A stretch of DNA of 64,000 nucleotides from Octopus vulgaris (GCA_951406725.2 OX597816.1:33418001-33482000); one strand, 5' to 3'. Positions 25,193-39,849 are shown, counted from the first letter of the stretch. Numbers and translations are program-made. The notes: generated from the letters alone by a model not told the origin.

Positions 25193-25263
<71 letters not shown>
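25083..25263. repeat. (AAT)n microsatellite
   Basis: Direct reading. Also at 24204-24407, 24766-24820 and 14527-14579 (TTA). Confidence 0.97.
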
Positions 25264-25831
25264 CCTTTCTACTGTTGGCACAAGAACTGAAATTCGAGGA
25301 GAGGGTACAGGTCGATTACATCGACCACAATACCCAACTGGTATTTATGTTATCGTCTCCGAAAGGCTACATCGGAATTTGATCTCAGAACGTTAAGACG
25401 GACAAAATGCTGCAAAGTGTATATTATATGTCTGCATGTCTGTATGATGTGGGTGTGCATACTGATTTAACACTACCTCTCAATTGTCTCTTATTCATCA
25501 TGTTGTCAACAACGACATGTTGAAGTCATTTAAGTACATATCACTCAACAATTCTGTCTAACTCTAAGTTTCTCTATTTCCCTCACTGTATATCTATTTA
25601 TCTCCCTATATACGTCATATCAAGCCCATTATCTGCTATCTATTCATTTACCTCACTTTCTGTAGTGTACTCGGCCTATTTCACACACTTAAGTTCTACT
25701 CATAAGTTTTGTTAATAATGAAGCAACATTTTTGGAGTTATTATGCGCTTATGATGTCAGACGGAGACTCACTTTAATTATAACACGTGCTATTTATCGT
25801 TATCATATAGAAACAAATATTCAATGCATAC

Positions 25832-25865
<34 letters not shown>

Positions 25866-26053
25866 GTGTACATATACATACACACACTTTATTAAAGCTG
25901 GACATTTTTTAACGAACTGTTTGGGAAAACTTTTCAGCTTTACGAAGTGCATAATACATTTCGGTATAAGTATAAGAGTAGTGTTGTTTTCCAAATTGTT
26001 TTCCGTTTATGGGGTTACGCTTGTACACATACTTTTATACACGCATACATACA

Positions 26054-26149
<96 letters not shown>

Positions 26150-26525
26150 CCATAACGAAGTAAGGTAACGAACGCTGGAGGGACAAGATTTGTTAGGAGA
26201 AAAGATAGGAGAGGAGACTTACAAGAACGCGGCTGATCTGCCATTATGTATTATTAATATATATATATATATATATTAGAAAAATTGAGGTAATCAGATC
26301 AGATGGTTCATATTTGTAGATATTTATTTATATATTACATTTTTTACATATATATCATATCATATCATTCGGATTTCGGATTAGCGCTTGCTCCAATTCT
26401 AGTGGGCTTTTCAAATCAAATCAGTTGTGGGTAGTTTGAACCTTTTTATAGTTTCGTAGTAGTGGGTGAGGAGGAAGTGAGACAGAGAGAAAATATGTGT
26501 GTATGTGTATGTGTGTGTGTGTGTG

Positions 26526-26587
<62 letters not shown>

Positions 26588-27223
26588 CGCGTTTATATCT
26601 GAGAGTGAAGAAGTGTTATTTCCGTTGGTCTGCTGGACCGCCTGTGGTTTTATAAGAACTTTGGCCGTCCATTTCGATGTCACTGAGTGTGTGTTGTGCG
26701 TAGGTTGGCCTGGCAGATGTCATTTGGGGTCACACTTTCTATGATCATTCTGTGGAGGTGTGTGTGTGTGTGTATGTCTCTGTGTGTCCGTGTGTGTTTT
26801 TGTGTGCGTGCGTGTGTGTGTGTATGTGTGTGTGTGTATGTGTCTGTGTGTTTGGAGAAGGGGAGAGAGACAAAAAGAGAAAAGGGAAAATAAAAATAAT
26901 AATAATAAAAATAAAAAAAATATAGAAATATGAAAATAAAAAATAAAAAATAAAATAAAAAATAAAAAATATAAAGAATAAATAAAAATATAAAAAATAA
27001 AAAAATTAAAATAAAAATAAAAATAAAAATAAGGGAGGAAGTGGAGAAGAAAAAATATTTTTGTTTGTTGATATTTATACCAACACATATATATACACAC
27101 ACACAGACTTATACATAAAATTTGAAAATAACTTTTTATTGGTTCAAAATGAACAACCAAATTATACCTTCTTGAAAGTTGTATATCATAGGAAAGTTAA
27201 AATTAAAGTGACAATTAAAAGGT

Positions 27224-27264
<41 letters not shown>

Positions 27265-27510
27265 TACATATACATATATATATATACATGCACATATATA
27301 CACAAATATATATATATATACCTATATAAAAATAAGAGTGGGTATGAAATGTCTTGAGCCTCAAAAAAAAAAACATGATCCAAGTCTTCAAGGCTCAAAG
27401 GCCTTGAAGGCTCGAAACTTTTCATATACACCTCGCATATACATACATGCTTATATATCCCTACATGTATAAATATACATATATATATATATATAAGTTT
27501 TTATATATAC

Positions 27511-27586
<76 letters not shown>

Positions 27587-27595
27587 CTACATATG

Positions 27596-27626
<31 letters not shown>

Positions 27627-27631
<5 letters not shown>

Positions 27632-27945
27632 AGGCGCATAACTAAAGTGGTTAGGGCGTCGAATTACGATCTTGTCGCCGTGAGTTCGATTCCCAGACCG
27701 GGCTGCGTGTTGTTTTTTTTGAGCAAGATACTTTCTTTCACGTTGCTCCATTTCACTCAGCTGAGAAATAGTTGCGACGTCACTTCTGCCAAAATATTGT
27801 CTTTTGCCTTTTCCTTGGCGAGGAATGAGCTGGTGTGCCTGGGCGACTGCTGGTCTTAAGCCTTGGTTTGGTGGGGCAACTTTCCGCCTAAACTTGTACC
27901 CCGGAGGTAAGCCATTTAGATCACGGTCATACGTGATCGACGGAG
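27627..27945 (+). mobile_element. tRNA-derived SINE with CORE-like middle (TTGAGCAAGATACTT...CACTCAGCTG)
   Basis: B box GAGTTCGATTCC. Related minus-strand copies at 30308-30572, 36405-36680 and 49860-50080. Confidence 0.75.
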
Positions 27946-27982
27946 TCGAGCTTTTATATAATATTATATGTATGCATGTATG

Positions 27983-28018
<36 letters not shown>

Positions 28019-28120
28019 AAGAAATTACCGGTTTCGCGTGTAGCTTTTCAAATTATATATATATGTATATATATATAGCAATAATAATTCTCTAAAAGAG
28101 ATATAGACAGTAACTGCTCG

Positions 28121-28215
28121 ATAACATAAGGGACTAAAGCCATCTGAATATGGCTACCCCCACCACCCTGCCCTGTCCCTAGCCATATTCAGATGGCTTT
28201 AGTCCCTTATGTTAT
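28121..28215. repeat. Perfect 36-bp inverted repeat with 23-nt C-rich loop
   Basis: ATAACATAAGGGACTAAAGCCATCTGAATATGGCTA (28121-28156) and its exact reverse complement (28180-28215). Confidence 0.95.
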
Positions 28216-28216
28216 A

Positions 28217-28250
<34 letters not shown>

Positions 28251-29419
28251 CACAAACACACACTTACAAGCATACTCAGATATATACATGAGAGTGCTTG
28301 TATATGTGCGTGTGTGTGTATGTGTATGTAGCTGTGTATTTTAATGATATAATGAATAACCTCCATACCTTTCGAGCATGTGTTAGACGTTTTTACTTAT
28401 TATATACGTTATTATTTACCCACACCCTGTTGTTAGGCATCGTAAACACGGAAATAGTGGAGACCACAAGGTCACGCATATGTTTAAATTGCTTATACAC
28501 AAATTCACACCGAAAACAATATTATGCATAGATTTTAGTTGTAGCTGACATATATTAATTGTAAAGTGTGAAGTATAAATGATTCAATACTGTGTTATCA
28601 AGACTTTACATTATTTTTTAAAGCGGCAGTACAAGATGATATTTAGGAGAAATTTGTATAAAAGAGAATAGTTTCCTCCCCTTTAATGGCAACACAGTCT
28701 GGAAATCAGAGTTATATCTGATCTTCAAATGCACTTCACTGCACTGATCCAAGAGTCCCACATGATTATATATTTAAGAGGAACGTAATTTGTTTCTTGA
28801 AATATAAACATACATATTGCATCGTTTCTTCGGATGCAAAATGACTTCGTAAACGAGATAAATAATTCTAACTCACCATCAGGGAATCGAACTGATACTT
28901 CCAACAGTACAGTTAAGTACCATGCTGATAAGTGACATATGATATCATATGCCTTCTTTTATAATGTTAAATAACAAAAAATAACAAAAATATATCAAGT
29001 TACTAAATGGCTATCTTTTTGTCACTTAAAGATACACCGCATTTTGGTGGCTACAATTTTTGCCCAAGTATCTCTACCTAAGATTCATCTCATAGAGATC
29101 ATTCGAGTACAACTGTTGTATAATTTACTTCAATATTAGCTGGAATTTCTTCATTCAAAACCAATTTTGTCGCGACTTTGCGTTTTTTGTCTTTACTTTA
29201 TGCAACACAACGCTTTTCTAGCTAATATTTCTTAACGCAGTGTTCACCAAGGGATATTTCTCAATGAGCACGTTCTTTGAATTTCAATTAATTTATACTT
29301 TCGTTTAAAATAACACATATTTTGATTCAAAGTCAATTTTTCGCCTTCATTTCACAGTTTTCAACTCACTTATTGTGTAGAATTAGTAGCAGAACTTGAG
29401 GCTGTTCAGCGATACGACA

Positions 29420-29560
29420 CGAGGAAGATTGCATCAATGGAACACCTGAGCTACCGGGAGAGACTGAAAGAGCAACAACTCCACTCACTAGTGCGAGGGC
29501 GGGAGAGGTACGATGTGATATATGTGTGGAAGAACTGGGAAGGCTCACAACAAACTCTGG
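29420..29560 (+). mobile_element. CR1/L2-group LINE ORF2 C-terminal fragment
   Basis: KIASMEHLSYRERLKEQQLHSLVRGRERYDVIYVWKNWEG resembles the 'L.Y.eRLk.L.L.SL..RRERY..IY.wK..eG' motif. Confidence 0.7.
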
Positions 29561-29886
29561 AAATCAGAATTTTACTGGTGAGTGTGTTACATAATCAGGT
29601 ACAAACAAAAAATGACTCTCCCCAGACACAACAGAATATATTATATATATTATATATTTATATCATATGTATATGATATATTTATATTATATATGTATAT
29701 ATTATAAACCAATCAGCTCAACCAACCAATCAGCTTAAGTAACAGAGTGATACAACACACTGATTGGACAGAATACAGTTTGCAAAACCTAGAAATCTGG
29801 AGCCTACACAGCTGTATTTAAGGCAGAGATTTAATCATCTCACTACAGTAAAAAAATTGTGAAGCATGACTGTCACCACTACTACA

Positions 29887-29931
29887 TGAACCTACAGATT
29901 GCAGAATTTAATGCATGAAAGTACTAGTTCA
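29887..29931 (+). ncRNA. Degenerate minimal type I hammerhead motif in a Penelope-pLTR-like segment (~29700-30060)
   Basis: TGAAC-CTACAGA-T-TGCA-GAATTTAA-TGCA-T-GAAA-GTAC-TA-GTTCA. Stem I is perfect and stem III is the palindrome AGTACT, but the core is decayed. CCAATCAGC x2, CTGATTGG and GTATTTAAG lie upstream, AATAAA downstream, with TA-rich flanks. Confidence 0.5.
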
Positions 29932-30072
29932 ATCAGAATGAACATTTAACATTCTATTGTTTCATTTTATTTTATTATATTATATTATCTTATATTATAT
30001 CATTATAAGATTGTAAATAAAACGTGAAAATCAGACAAGGTTGGAATCCCTTTTATTAATATATATATATGT

Positions 30073-30110
<38 letters not shown>

Positions 30111-30929
30111 ATATACATATATATTGTATATATATATATTATATATAACTTATTTAAATATATTTACGTAAAGATAATACAAATATATTATATATATATA
30201 TGAATAATATGTATATATATCAATAATATATATATTATATATATATTGGTGTATATATAACTTTTTATATATGTATCTATATATAAATAATATTCATATA
30301 TATTGAAACCCACTTCGGTCACGCCACTGTCCATAGGATTGCTCCTAGGAAGTTACCCTCCCAGGTTGTTTTCATGGAAGACCAGCAGTCGCTCAAGCAT
30401 ACCGGCCTCTCCTCTCCACACCACCAGTGTTATCTAAAGGAATGTCAGCATGGCACCTGTGACGCCGCAACTCATTACTACAGCTGAGTGACCTCGAGCA
30501 ACTTGAAATAAAGTATCTTGCTCAAGAACACAGCACGCAACCTGGTCCAGGATTCGAACTCACAACCTCACGAGAAAAATAGTAGAATAATAAGTGGAGG
30601 TAATTGGTTAGGCAATGGTTATTATTGTTATAATTATGGTTATTATACATAACAATAATAACTATAACCAATTACCTCCCTTTATTTTCTACTTGCAAAG
30701 TCATTCACTTGTAAATATCATCACATACAACATGGACAAAATTTCTTGTTAACAAAAAATACATATTCAACTAAGTAAAACATAATATCATGAATAGCGA
30801 TGGCGAAACCGGTGGTTATAGTAAAAATTATATTAAAACTATGTAACTGAGTATTTTCCTTTTTTAATTTCTTACATACATTACAACTCAACACATGGGG
30901 ATAATCGAAATTTCTTCTTTCTATTACTA

Positions 30930-30989
<60 letters not shown>

Positions 30990-31096
30990 GTATTCATATA
31001 TATATATATGTATAATCTTGATATATGTATTATACATAGGTGTATTATTCACATATATACATATTATCTTTATATATATACATAATTTATTTATAG

Positions 31097-31135
<39 letters not shown>

Positions 31136-31284
31136 CATATATATATATACATATATATTTATCTATATATACACATAAAAATATTATATATATATATGTG
31201 TGTGTATATATGTATATATATACATATATACACACACACATATATATTTATAATATTTATATGTGTATATATATATATATATGG

Positions 31285-31317
<33 letters not shown>

Positions 31318-31422
31318 ATATACTATAAATAAATAATGTATATATATAAAGATAATATGTATACATGTGAATAATACACCTATGTATAATACATATATGA
31401 AGATTATACATATATATGAATA

Positions 31423-31464
<42 letters not shown>

Positions 31465-31957
31465 CATATATATGTATGTGTAGTATATATTTAAAATAGG
31501 CATTTACACACAATTTACATATTCATACACACAGGCATACACACAGAGACACACATATTGACGCATATATATTTGTTGATATTTCTTTGTATACGATTTC
31601 ATATGCATAGATGCAGATCTTGAACCGATTTCCGTCGTTTTTATTTTCCTTTCTATTGCTTAATTTCAGCAGTTCTGTAATTCTGTATGTTCTTATTGTG
31701 TAATCACTTGTTGCTTCCCCCTTCCTCGGCACTATATCACATGTATATTTGTCTGTCTGTCGGTTTCTATTTTTACTTACTGTCAATCCCTCTTTTCTCT
31801 TCTATTATTTTACTGTCCTCATTTAAACGCATAATACATGCCATATATATATGTACTGCTAACATATACTGTCTTATAAGAGATCTATCATCTCTCTCTC
31901 TATCTATCTCTCGTATGTACGTGTATATATATATATATATATATCCGTCTCTCTGCG

Positions 31958-31988
<31 letters not shown>

Positions 31989-32163
31989 ATATATGTATGT
32001 ATATATATATATATATATATATACATATATATACATATATGTATGTATATATATATATGTACACACACATATATATATATATCCATGCATATATGTATAT
32101 ATATATACATATATATATGCATATATGTATGTATATATATATGTACATATATATACATATATG

Positions 32164-32212
<49 letters not shown>

Positions 32213-32769
32213 GTATATATACATATATATGTATATATATATATACATGTATATATATATTTGTGTATATGTATACATACACACACACACATATATATTT
32301 GTATGTAAACATACGCAAAGATAAATAGATACCTATAGATACGTATTAATAGTCAACCGACACGCATCTATATATACATATCTGTGTGTGTGTGTGTGTA
32401 TCTTTATATTGTGTGTGTGTGAGCGCACGCACGCACGAGTCTTTATTTGTATGTATTAACATGCAGCGACACACATTTCCTCACCAAATGCAGCTCATTC
32501 AGTTCCTCTTTGTACACGAATTTCTTTTGTCATTTCAGTCAGTAACACCATTCATTCCTACTGAGCTGCTAACAGTTCCAACTACCTTCATTTTTACCTT
32601 TTTATCCCCCCCCCCCATCCTACCCCCACTCTTCCCTGCAACACCACTGCTTCATTTTTCTTTTCGTTGCAATTCTTTACTTCTGCTTTCCGTTTATATA
32701 CTTCTGCTCGTTTTTTTTTTATATCCTTCAGTTTCATTTCAAATATTTTTCTCGTATTTTTTATCCGAA

Positions 32770-32985
32770 TTGCTGCTGCTGCTGCTGCTGCGTCTTCTTC
32801 TTCTTCTTCTTTTTCTTCTTCTCCTTTTTCTTCTTCTTCTTATTTTACTACTCCTTCTTCTCCATCTTCTTCTTCCTCTTCTCCGTCTTCTTCTCCTTCT
32901 TCTTCTTCTTCTTCTTCTCCTTCTTCTCCTCCTCCGTCTCCTCCTCCTCTTCTCCCTCCTCCTTCTTCTTTTTCTTCTTCTTAAT
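32770..32985. repeat. (CTG)n/(CTT)n/(CCT)n compound microsatellite
   Basis: Direct reading. Similar tracts at 22105-22235, 57160-57290 (GAA/GAT) and 8440-8600. Confidence 0.95.
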
Positions 32986-33539
32986 ATTATTATAGTATTT
33001 ATATGTTTTTCTTCATAAAATGTTCTTCTAATATTGACGTTTCTTTTGTTTTTCTATTGCTTTAACCATTTGTGTTTTTCGATTCTTTTCATGACATCAA
33101 AATATGCTCATTCTGAAATACCCGGTAAATCGTGTATAATGTCACATGTTACACCGTTTATTTTTTTTTATTTTTATTATATATTACAAGATATCTGTTT
33201 TTCAGATGTATTTTATTGAATTTTTCTGACTCGGCTTTTGTCAAGAACATCGAATGAAATTCTGTCACATCGTGATTATAATGATTAACTTTATTGTCAT
33301 GCTCTTTAGGAAGGCATAGCATGCACCATGCGACTTTATTGATGCCGGTATCAGATTTTGGAAAAAGGTTTACGCATCTATTTATGTATGTCTGTATGAT
33401 TTTCTTTGAGATTTATTTAAGTTTTGTGTAGAATTCAAGCCGGTCACCAACAATGCAAAAGGAATCTTTTGTTTGAGTCAAAACATTTCCATGGATTTTT
33501 GAATATGCGAATAAGTTTATGTGTCAATATAACCAGGAA

Positions 33540-33676
33540 CAGGCATAGGAGAGGCTCTATGGCAAGTCGTTTACTTCCCAGCTATGCTGTTCCGCGTTCA
33601 GTCCCACAACTATAACCCTTGGCCGACCAAATCCTTGTGAGTTGATTTGGTAGATGGAAACAGAAAGAAACCCGTC

Positions 33677-33715
<39 letters not shown>

Positions 33716-33856
33716 CTTGTATGTGTGTTGGTTTGTATGTATTTGTCCCCCATCATTGCTTACCAACCGAATTATAAAGAATAAGTCCAATTTGTTCGAC
33801 TAAAGGCGGTGCTTCAGCATGGCCGCAGTCAAATGACTGAAACAAATAAAAGAATA

Positions 33857-33921
<65 letters not shown>

Positions 33922-34160
33922 ATTATGTATGCTTGCATCTATGTGTGTGTGTATGTCTTTGTTTCTGTGCATGTCCCCTCCCAGCATTTTATAACCGAAA
34001 CTGGTGTTGCTTAAGTCGCCGTAAGTTGGCGGTTCGACATAAATGTCATATAGCATAAGTGATAGATTTAATAAAATATTTCTGGTGTTGATTCGTTTGA
34101 CAAACTTTCTTCAAGGCGGTGCCTCGCCATGACTGTAGCCTAATGATTGAAACAAGGAAA
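33540..34160 (+). mobile_element. SINE family A copy with duplicated 3' half
   Basis: Head, then GAAACAGAAAGAAACCCGTCG-(TA)n-TTTGTCCCCC...GGCGGTGCTTCAGCATGGCCGCAGTC. The 3' module is repeated at ~33950-34160. Confidence 0.75.
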
Positions 34161-35565
34161 TATTAAGACATAAGTGTATATGTGGATATATTTATACTTA
34201 TGTGATGGGTACACATATTTAGAAAACTCATTTTTTTAATCGATAATTCTTAACATATGCCCATGCATGTTTGCGAGAACATGTAAATTACAGGAGACTG
34301 ATATTAAAACACTTGAACAGGTTTAACACATCTTTACTATAGCACACCTCGCTTAAATCTAGAGGATGTGTTTAGTATGCATTGTTCATTCTTGAAAAAT
34401 CTGTACAGTTACATGTTTTGAGGCAAATCTTATTAAAAACCCTGTACACTTATGTTAAAAGTACAAAGGGGAAATTTCAGTCGTGATTTAAGACCTAAAA
34501 TTTTACATTTGATGACCATATATATCTTTTTACTCTCCCTCTAAATTCAAACGAGTAATTCTCGTCTACTGGGGAGCTGAATTCTTCGGTAGTGCTTGAC
34601 ATTTCTCAATTCCCCGTAATGCAGTAAGTTTGTTGTGATTGCAGCATGTACATTTTATGTTAAAGTTTTAATATTATTCTTTATTTTGAATTATGTTGAT
34701 GGTTCCTGATTCCAGTGTACCGCCTGCAAAATCCTCCCTGCGGATAGCATGGGAGTGTATTTTAGCGATTATATTGTCACATGAGAAAGTCAATACTGGT
34801 GGGCACTTTAGGAATTGTTATGTAGGGCTAACCTCTACATTTGTACGTCATACTCCACAGTTTCAATCACGTCGTAGAAATTACGAACACTTTTCTTAAT
34901 GAGGAGATATTACAGCAGATATGTCATTTTTCTCAAGAGTGAATGTGTATGCTCGAAGAAGAAATGTGAACCCAGTTACAAGTGGTTCCCATGGAACTGA
35001 TGTACATCTCCTGTCAACTTAATATTTACATTTTGAGCACATGCGTGATGTATTCATTACATAATTTACTCTTCAATAGGAGTTGTTTCAACGTTGAGAA
35101 GCGGCTCTTGTATGTTTACACTGATGTTTTGCTTCAGCTACCAGCCTCTTGCCTCGTTATATTGTGATACTGTTAAAGTCGATGTTGAAGCTACGATAAT
35201 TTTAGTAGTTTGCTAGTCTCCATGTCACAAATGGGGTATTCTGAAGCGTACAAGGTGGTATCCATGTGCAAAAGCATTATATACATTTTATGAATGTAGA
35301 GAACTCTGACGTTCTCATTTTCCTCTCAATTATTCATGTTACTTCAGTTCTACACACTGCACCTCTGTATCTCTATACATGCATCTATATATGTATGCCC
35401 CTATATATGCATGGATACCCACCTACCCACCATACACACAAATACTTATAGAAACACATACATATATACATACATACATACATGCATACATATATATATA
35501 CATATCAATAAATATATAATTAAATAAATATATAAATATATATACATATATATATATATATATAC

Positions 35566-35623
<58 letters not shown>

Positions 35624-36769
35624 ATGTTATATTATATTATATTACACATAATTTCTCTCACCACTGATCTGCGAAACCTCTCATCGTTCAGCACTTCAAT
35701 GATCTTTTTATTCTGTTTGTATAGACAGTAATGCCTACACCGATTCCTTCACCGATTCCTAAACTGATTACATAGGAATTTGTTTTCATTAGCGAATCGA
35801 AAAATATTTATTTACATACTGAAGTAATTCAGGGAATCCATCGAACGAATATAATTCTACCTGGAATTCATGTTCTGTTTTCAGATGATTAATGGAGGAG
35901 TTCTGGTATTTACATTCATATTCTATTATCTATAGGACTGTGGAAACCGTGATGGTGGTGTAGACGATGGAGAAATATTTGTTAAATCTAACTGAATTGT
36001 AGATCATCTAAGAACAGAATATAGTTTTAATGGAATGAGAAGCCCGGAAATGATTTTAGGAAGCGATATAGCGGATTGGATAGATTGCCAGTTTTTAACT
36101 GGTACTTGTGTTATAAACCTTTAGATAGGAAAGCCTAAGTTGTCCTTGGCGTGATTAAAATGCGGAATACATGGATGCATGCCTACGTACTACAGTAACA
36201 GAAATAATGGTTTATTTGGAATATGTAATTCACGGAGGTTTGTGAACGTATTTAGTCAATTACACCACATCCAGTAGATGACTGGTGCATAATTTATTCG
36301 ACGTTGGAATGATGAAAAGCAAAGTTAAAATTAGCGGGATTGGAACATATAACGCAAAAGAATGTAACTAAATACTGTAAAGGATTTTGTCTCAGGTAAA
36401 TACAAAGACCCCCTTTCAATCACGAATCACCATGGTATTGCACCTTCAAAGATTCACTCCTAGGAACAAGTATGTACATACAAGTGTCTCCTCACCACCC
36501 AATAATGTTTCCCAAGGGAAAGGAAAAATCTGATACAGTTTGGTAGCGGTGACGTCGCAACTATTTCTACGGTTGACCGAACAGAAGCAACGTGGAATAA
36601 AGTCTCTTGCCAAAAAACACAACACGGTCCGATCCAGGAATTGAAGTCTCAAGCCGGTCGCTCTTATCACTGAGGCATAACGCTCTATTAATCATACTGC
36701 TATCAGTCGACCATCTATTATTTTCTCTCACTGGAACATAGATTTTTTACAGCAATCATACCGATTGCA

Positions 36770-37820
36770 ATTAGAACTTCATCCAATAATATATTATAAC
36801 AGTGTTCTCCAATACATCTGGGCCTACATTATCCTATTTCTTTATTGCCCACAAGGGGCTAAACACAGAGAGGACAAACAAGGACAGACAAAGAGATTAA
36901 GTTGATTACATCGACCCCAGTGTATAACTGGTACTTAATTTATCGACCCCGAAAGGATGAAAGGCAAAGTGGACCTCGGCGGAATTTGAACTCAGAACAT
37001 AGCGGCAGACGAAATACAGCTAAGCATTTCCCCTAGCGTACTAACGTTTCTGCCAGATCGCCGCCATCTGGGCCTACATTATCCATTACATCCAGTACTA
37101 CGGTTTCGAGTGTATCTAGGACTGCGTTATCCAATTACCAGAGACTGTGATCCACTATCTAGAACAATGTATCTAAGACTACATTATCCAATGCATCTAA
37201 CGCAGTGCGCACAGAAACAAATTATCCAATGTATATATGAGTGAGTTAATATCTCTAAGATTACGTAAACTCATTTACGTTAGAGAAGGCTTTCTCTTAT
37301 TTCCAGTATTGCCATATCCTATGCATGTAAGTCTACATTAATCAGTATATCTAAGATAATGCAATCCCCTGTAACTAGGATTACCTTATCTAACGTATCT
37401 ATCCAAGACTACCTTATGGAATGCATCAAGATGTATGTAACTGAAAAGTCTAAGACTACGTCACCTAAGGTATTGAGGACACAGCTGTCCACAGCAGAAA
37501 AACCTCTCTGTTATGTAGAGTGGAAAGATCTACGCTTTTCATTGTAATATCGAGTAGGCTATGCAATATATCTAGACCTGTTACGCAATGAACCCAGGAC
37601 GATGCTATGCAATGTATCTCCAGCTACGTTAAGCAATATAACTAGAACTGCGTTATACAAGATAATTAGGACTTCATTATGAACAGCATTTTGAACTAAT
37701 TTATGTAATATATGTGTAGGACTATGTTATACAACATGTTTAGGTCTAGTTAGCCAGTGTATACAGGATAGTATCTTTCAGTGTATAAAGAAATATAATA
37801 TCAAATATACTTAGGATTAT
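36770..37820 (+). repeat. Degenerate ~24-bp minisatellite (consensus ~GTATCTAGGACTACGTTATCCAAT)
   Basis: Recurrent TATCTAGGACTGCGTTATCCAAT, TATCTAAGACTACATTATCCAAT and ACTAGAACTGCGTTATACAAG variants. Interrupted by the SINE at 36835. Confidence 0.7.
36835..37064 (-). mobile_element. Full-length SINE family B copy with 20-bp target-site duplication
   Basis: CATCTGGGCCTACATTATCC occurs at both 36815-36834 and 37065-37084. Confidence 0.92.
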
Positions 37821-39654
37821 GACGGATGCTTCCATTGGCATTGGGTTTGAGATTGCTATGTCTAGTAAACTGGCTAACAACTAAGACACTCCATTTTGTA
37901 TCCATCACTAAATGTTTTTCTTCGTGTGATATATTTTAAAGAAATGAATCTCAATGAATTTATCATAACTACAATTTCTAATTATATAATTTTCAGCAAA
38001 GAGATTCGGTATTGGTACATTTATAACATAAGTAGAATAGAATGCATTATTTGTAGCTAACTAAAAACAAGTATTTGCTCTGCATTGCATTAGCGTAGAT
38101 TTGGTGTCACATTACAGTTACGGAGATAAGACTATTTAATATGTTTGCTGTAACAAAGCTAGTATTGGGTGACAGAAAACATAAGGCGAACTGAAAGCAA
38201 TATGATAGGGTTAAAATTAACTGAGCGTCAGACGAAATGCATTGTGGCTTTTCTGTTTCGATCTTTTCCGTTTATGCTTCAACGTCACGAATTTTAACAT
38301 TCCGTTTCATGGTTCTAAAACCAAGTTTAGACTGCACCAGTAAACTACTGGGCGTGATGTAAAAGAGTAAATTGCCCAATAATAGAGTAAATGTGTAACC
38401 TCGTCTCATGAACAGATTTAATATTTCTGCTTCTGAAATACTTAGTTTACATTCTCCATTCTATTCACGCTGGTATATCATATTTCTATGCGTTACTTTA
38501 AACTTAGAATGCGGTTTACGGTAAATATCAGAATGTATAAACTTTTCTCCGACAATGTCTTTTGTTTGCTGAAATATGTGCAACATAAAAATATTTTTTT
38601 GTGAGAAATATGTTGCTAACCAGATGGAAAGTAGTGCTATATCGATGGAAATATATAAACTGTATATTTTTTATGATATCCATACATAATTATAATTTCA
38701 TGTATCAATAGTTCAAGAGGAATAATGGCATCAATTTCCAAGATCTAGGTAGGTTTCCGAAAAATCAGCAATGCTTCACTTTCCTCCAAACCCATCAACA
38801 AACACACAGACATCCACGCATACATTCACACATAAACCCACATTTACACACGTACACGCATATGCCCGTAAGTAAGAGCGTTTAATATATTAATTATATG
38901 TTATCACTAAGCATCAAAATGACTCCTTATTCCTAAATTTACTGAAAAAAGCCCCACACATTTTACGTCGATAATTATGGGCTGTAGCATTATCTGTTAC
39001 ACAGAAACATATAATAAACTATTAGCGTGAAATAAACAATACACAATACTTATATAATCCGTCAACATCTTATCACAAAAATCCAGACAAAAAATAAAAA
39101 TCAAAAAACACATAAATCGCACTCAGTACAGAACTTCTATTGTGATTTATTCATCTTTTACTTTCATCACATATTTATAACTGCGTATCTACGTAGGCAG
39201 GAAAACATAATTACAAAGAGTCATACGTTGAAATGTGATTTAAAAACAGAGACAAACCAAGATATTCTGGCATCATCATAAGAAGCAATATGAATAATAT
39301 TAGCAGAGATAACCCACATTGGATGAGGAAAGCAATTGAGAGAATATGTGAATATCACGTGGATGTTGATGAGGTGCTTCAAGATAACATGAAGCAAAAG
39401 TAAAGAATGTAACAACTTGGGTTGCGTGCTGTGAATGTATGTGTGCATGTACGTATATGTATTTATGTATGTATGTAAGTACACATATATACATATATAT
39501 ATTTATATATACATATCTATATACATATATATATATATATATACATATATATATACATATATATATATATACATACATATATATATATAGATATATATAT
39601 ACATATATATATATACATATATATATGTATACATATATATATATATATATATAC

Positions 39655-39729
<75 letters not shown>

Positions 39730-39782
39730 TATATACATATATATATATACATATACATATATATATATACATATATATATAC

Positions 39783-39849
<67 letters not shown>

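Noticed and set aside
27333-27434. Imperfect nested inverted repeat (CTTCAAGGC/GCCTTGAAG) between TA tracts
   Set aside because: It is short and mismatched with no hammerhead core, so too weak to call.
32386-33018. 210-aa Leu/Phe-rich ORF resembling a membrane protein
   Set aside because: It derives from (CTG)n/(CTT)n tracts, has a GTG start and no domain signal.
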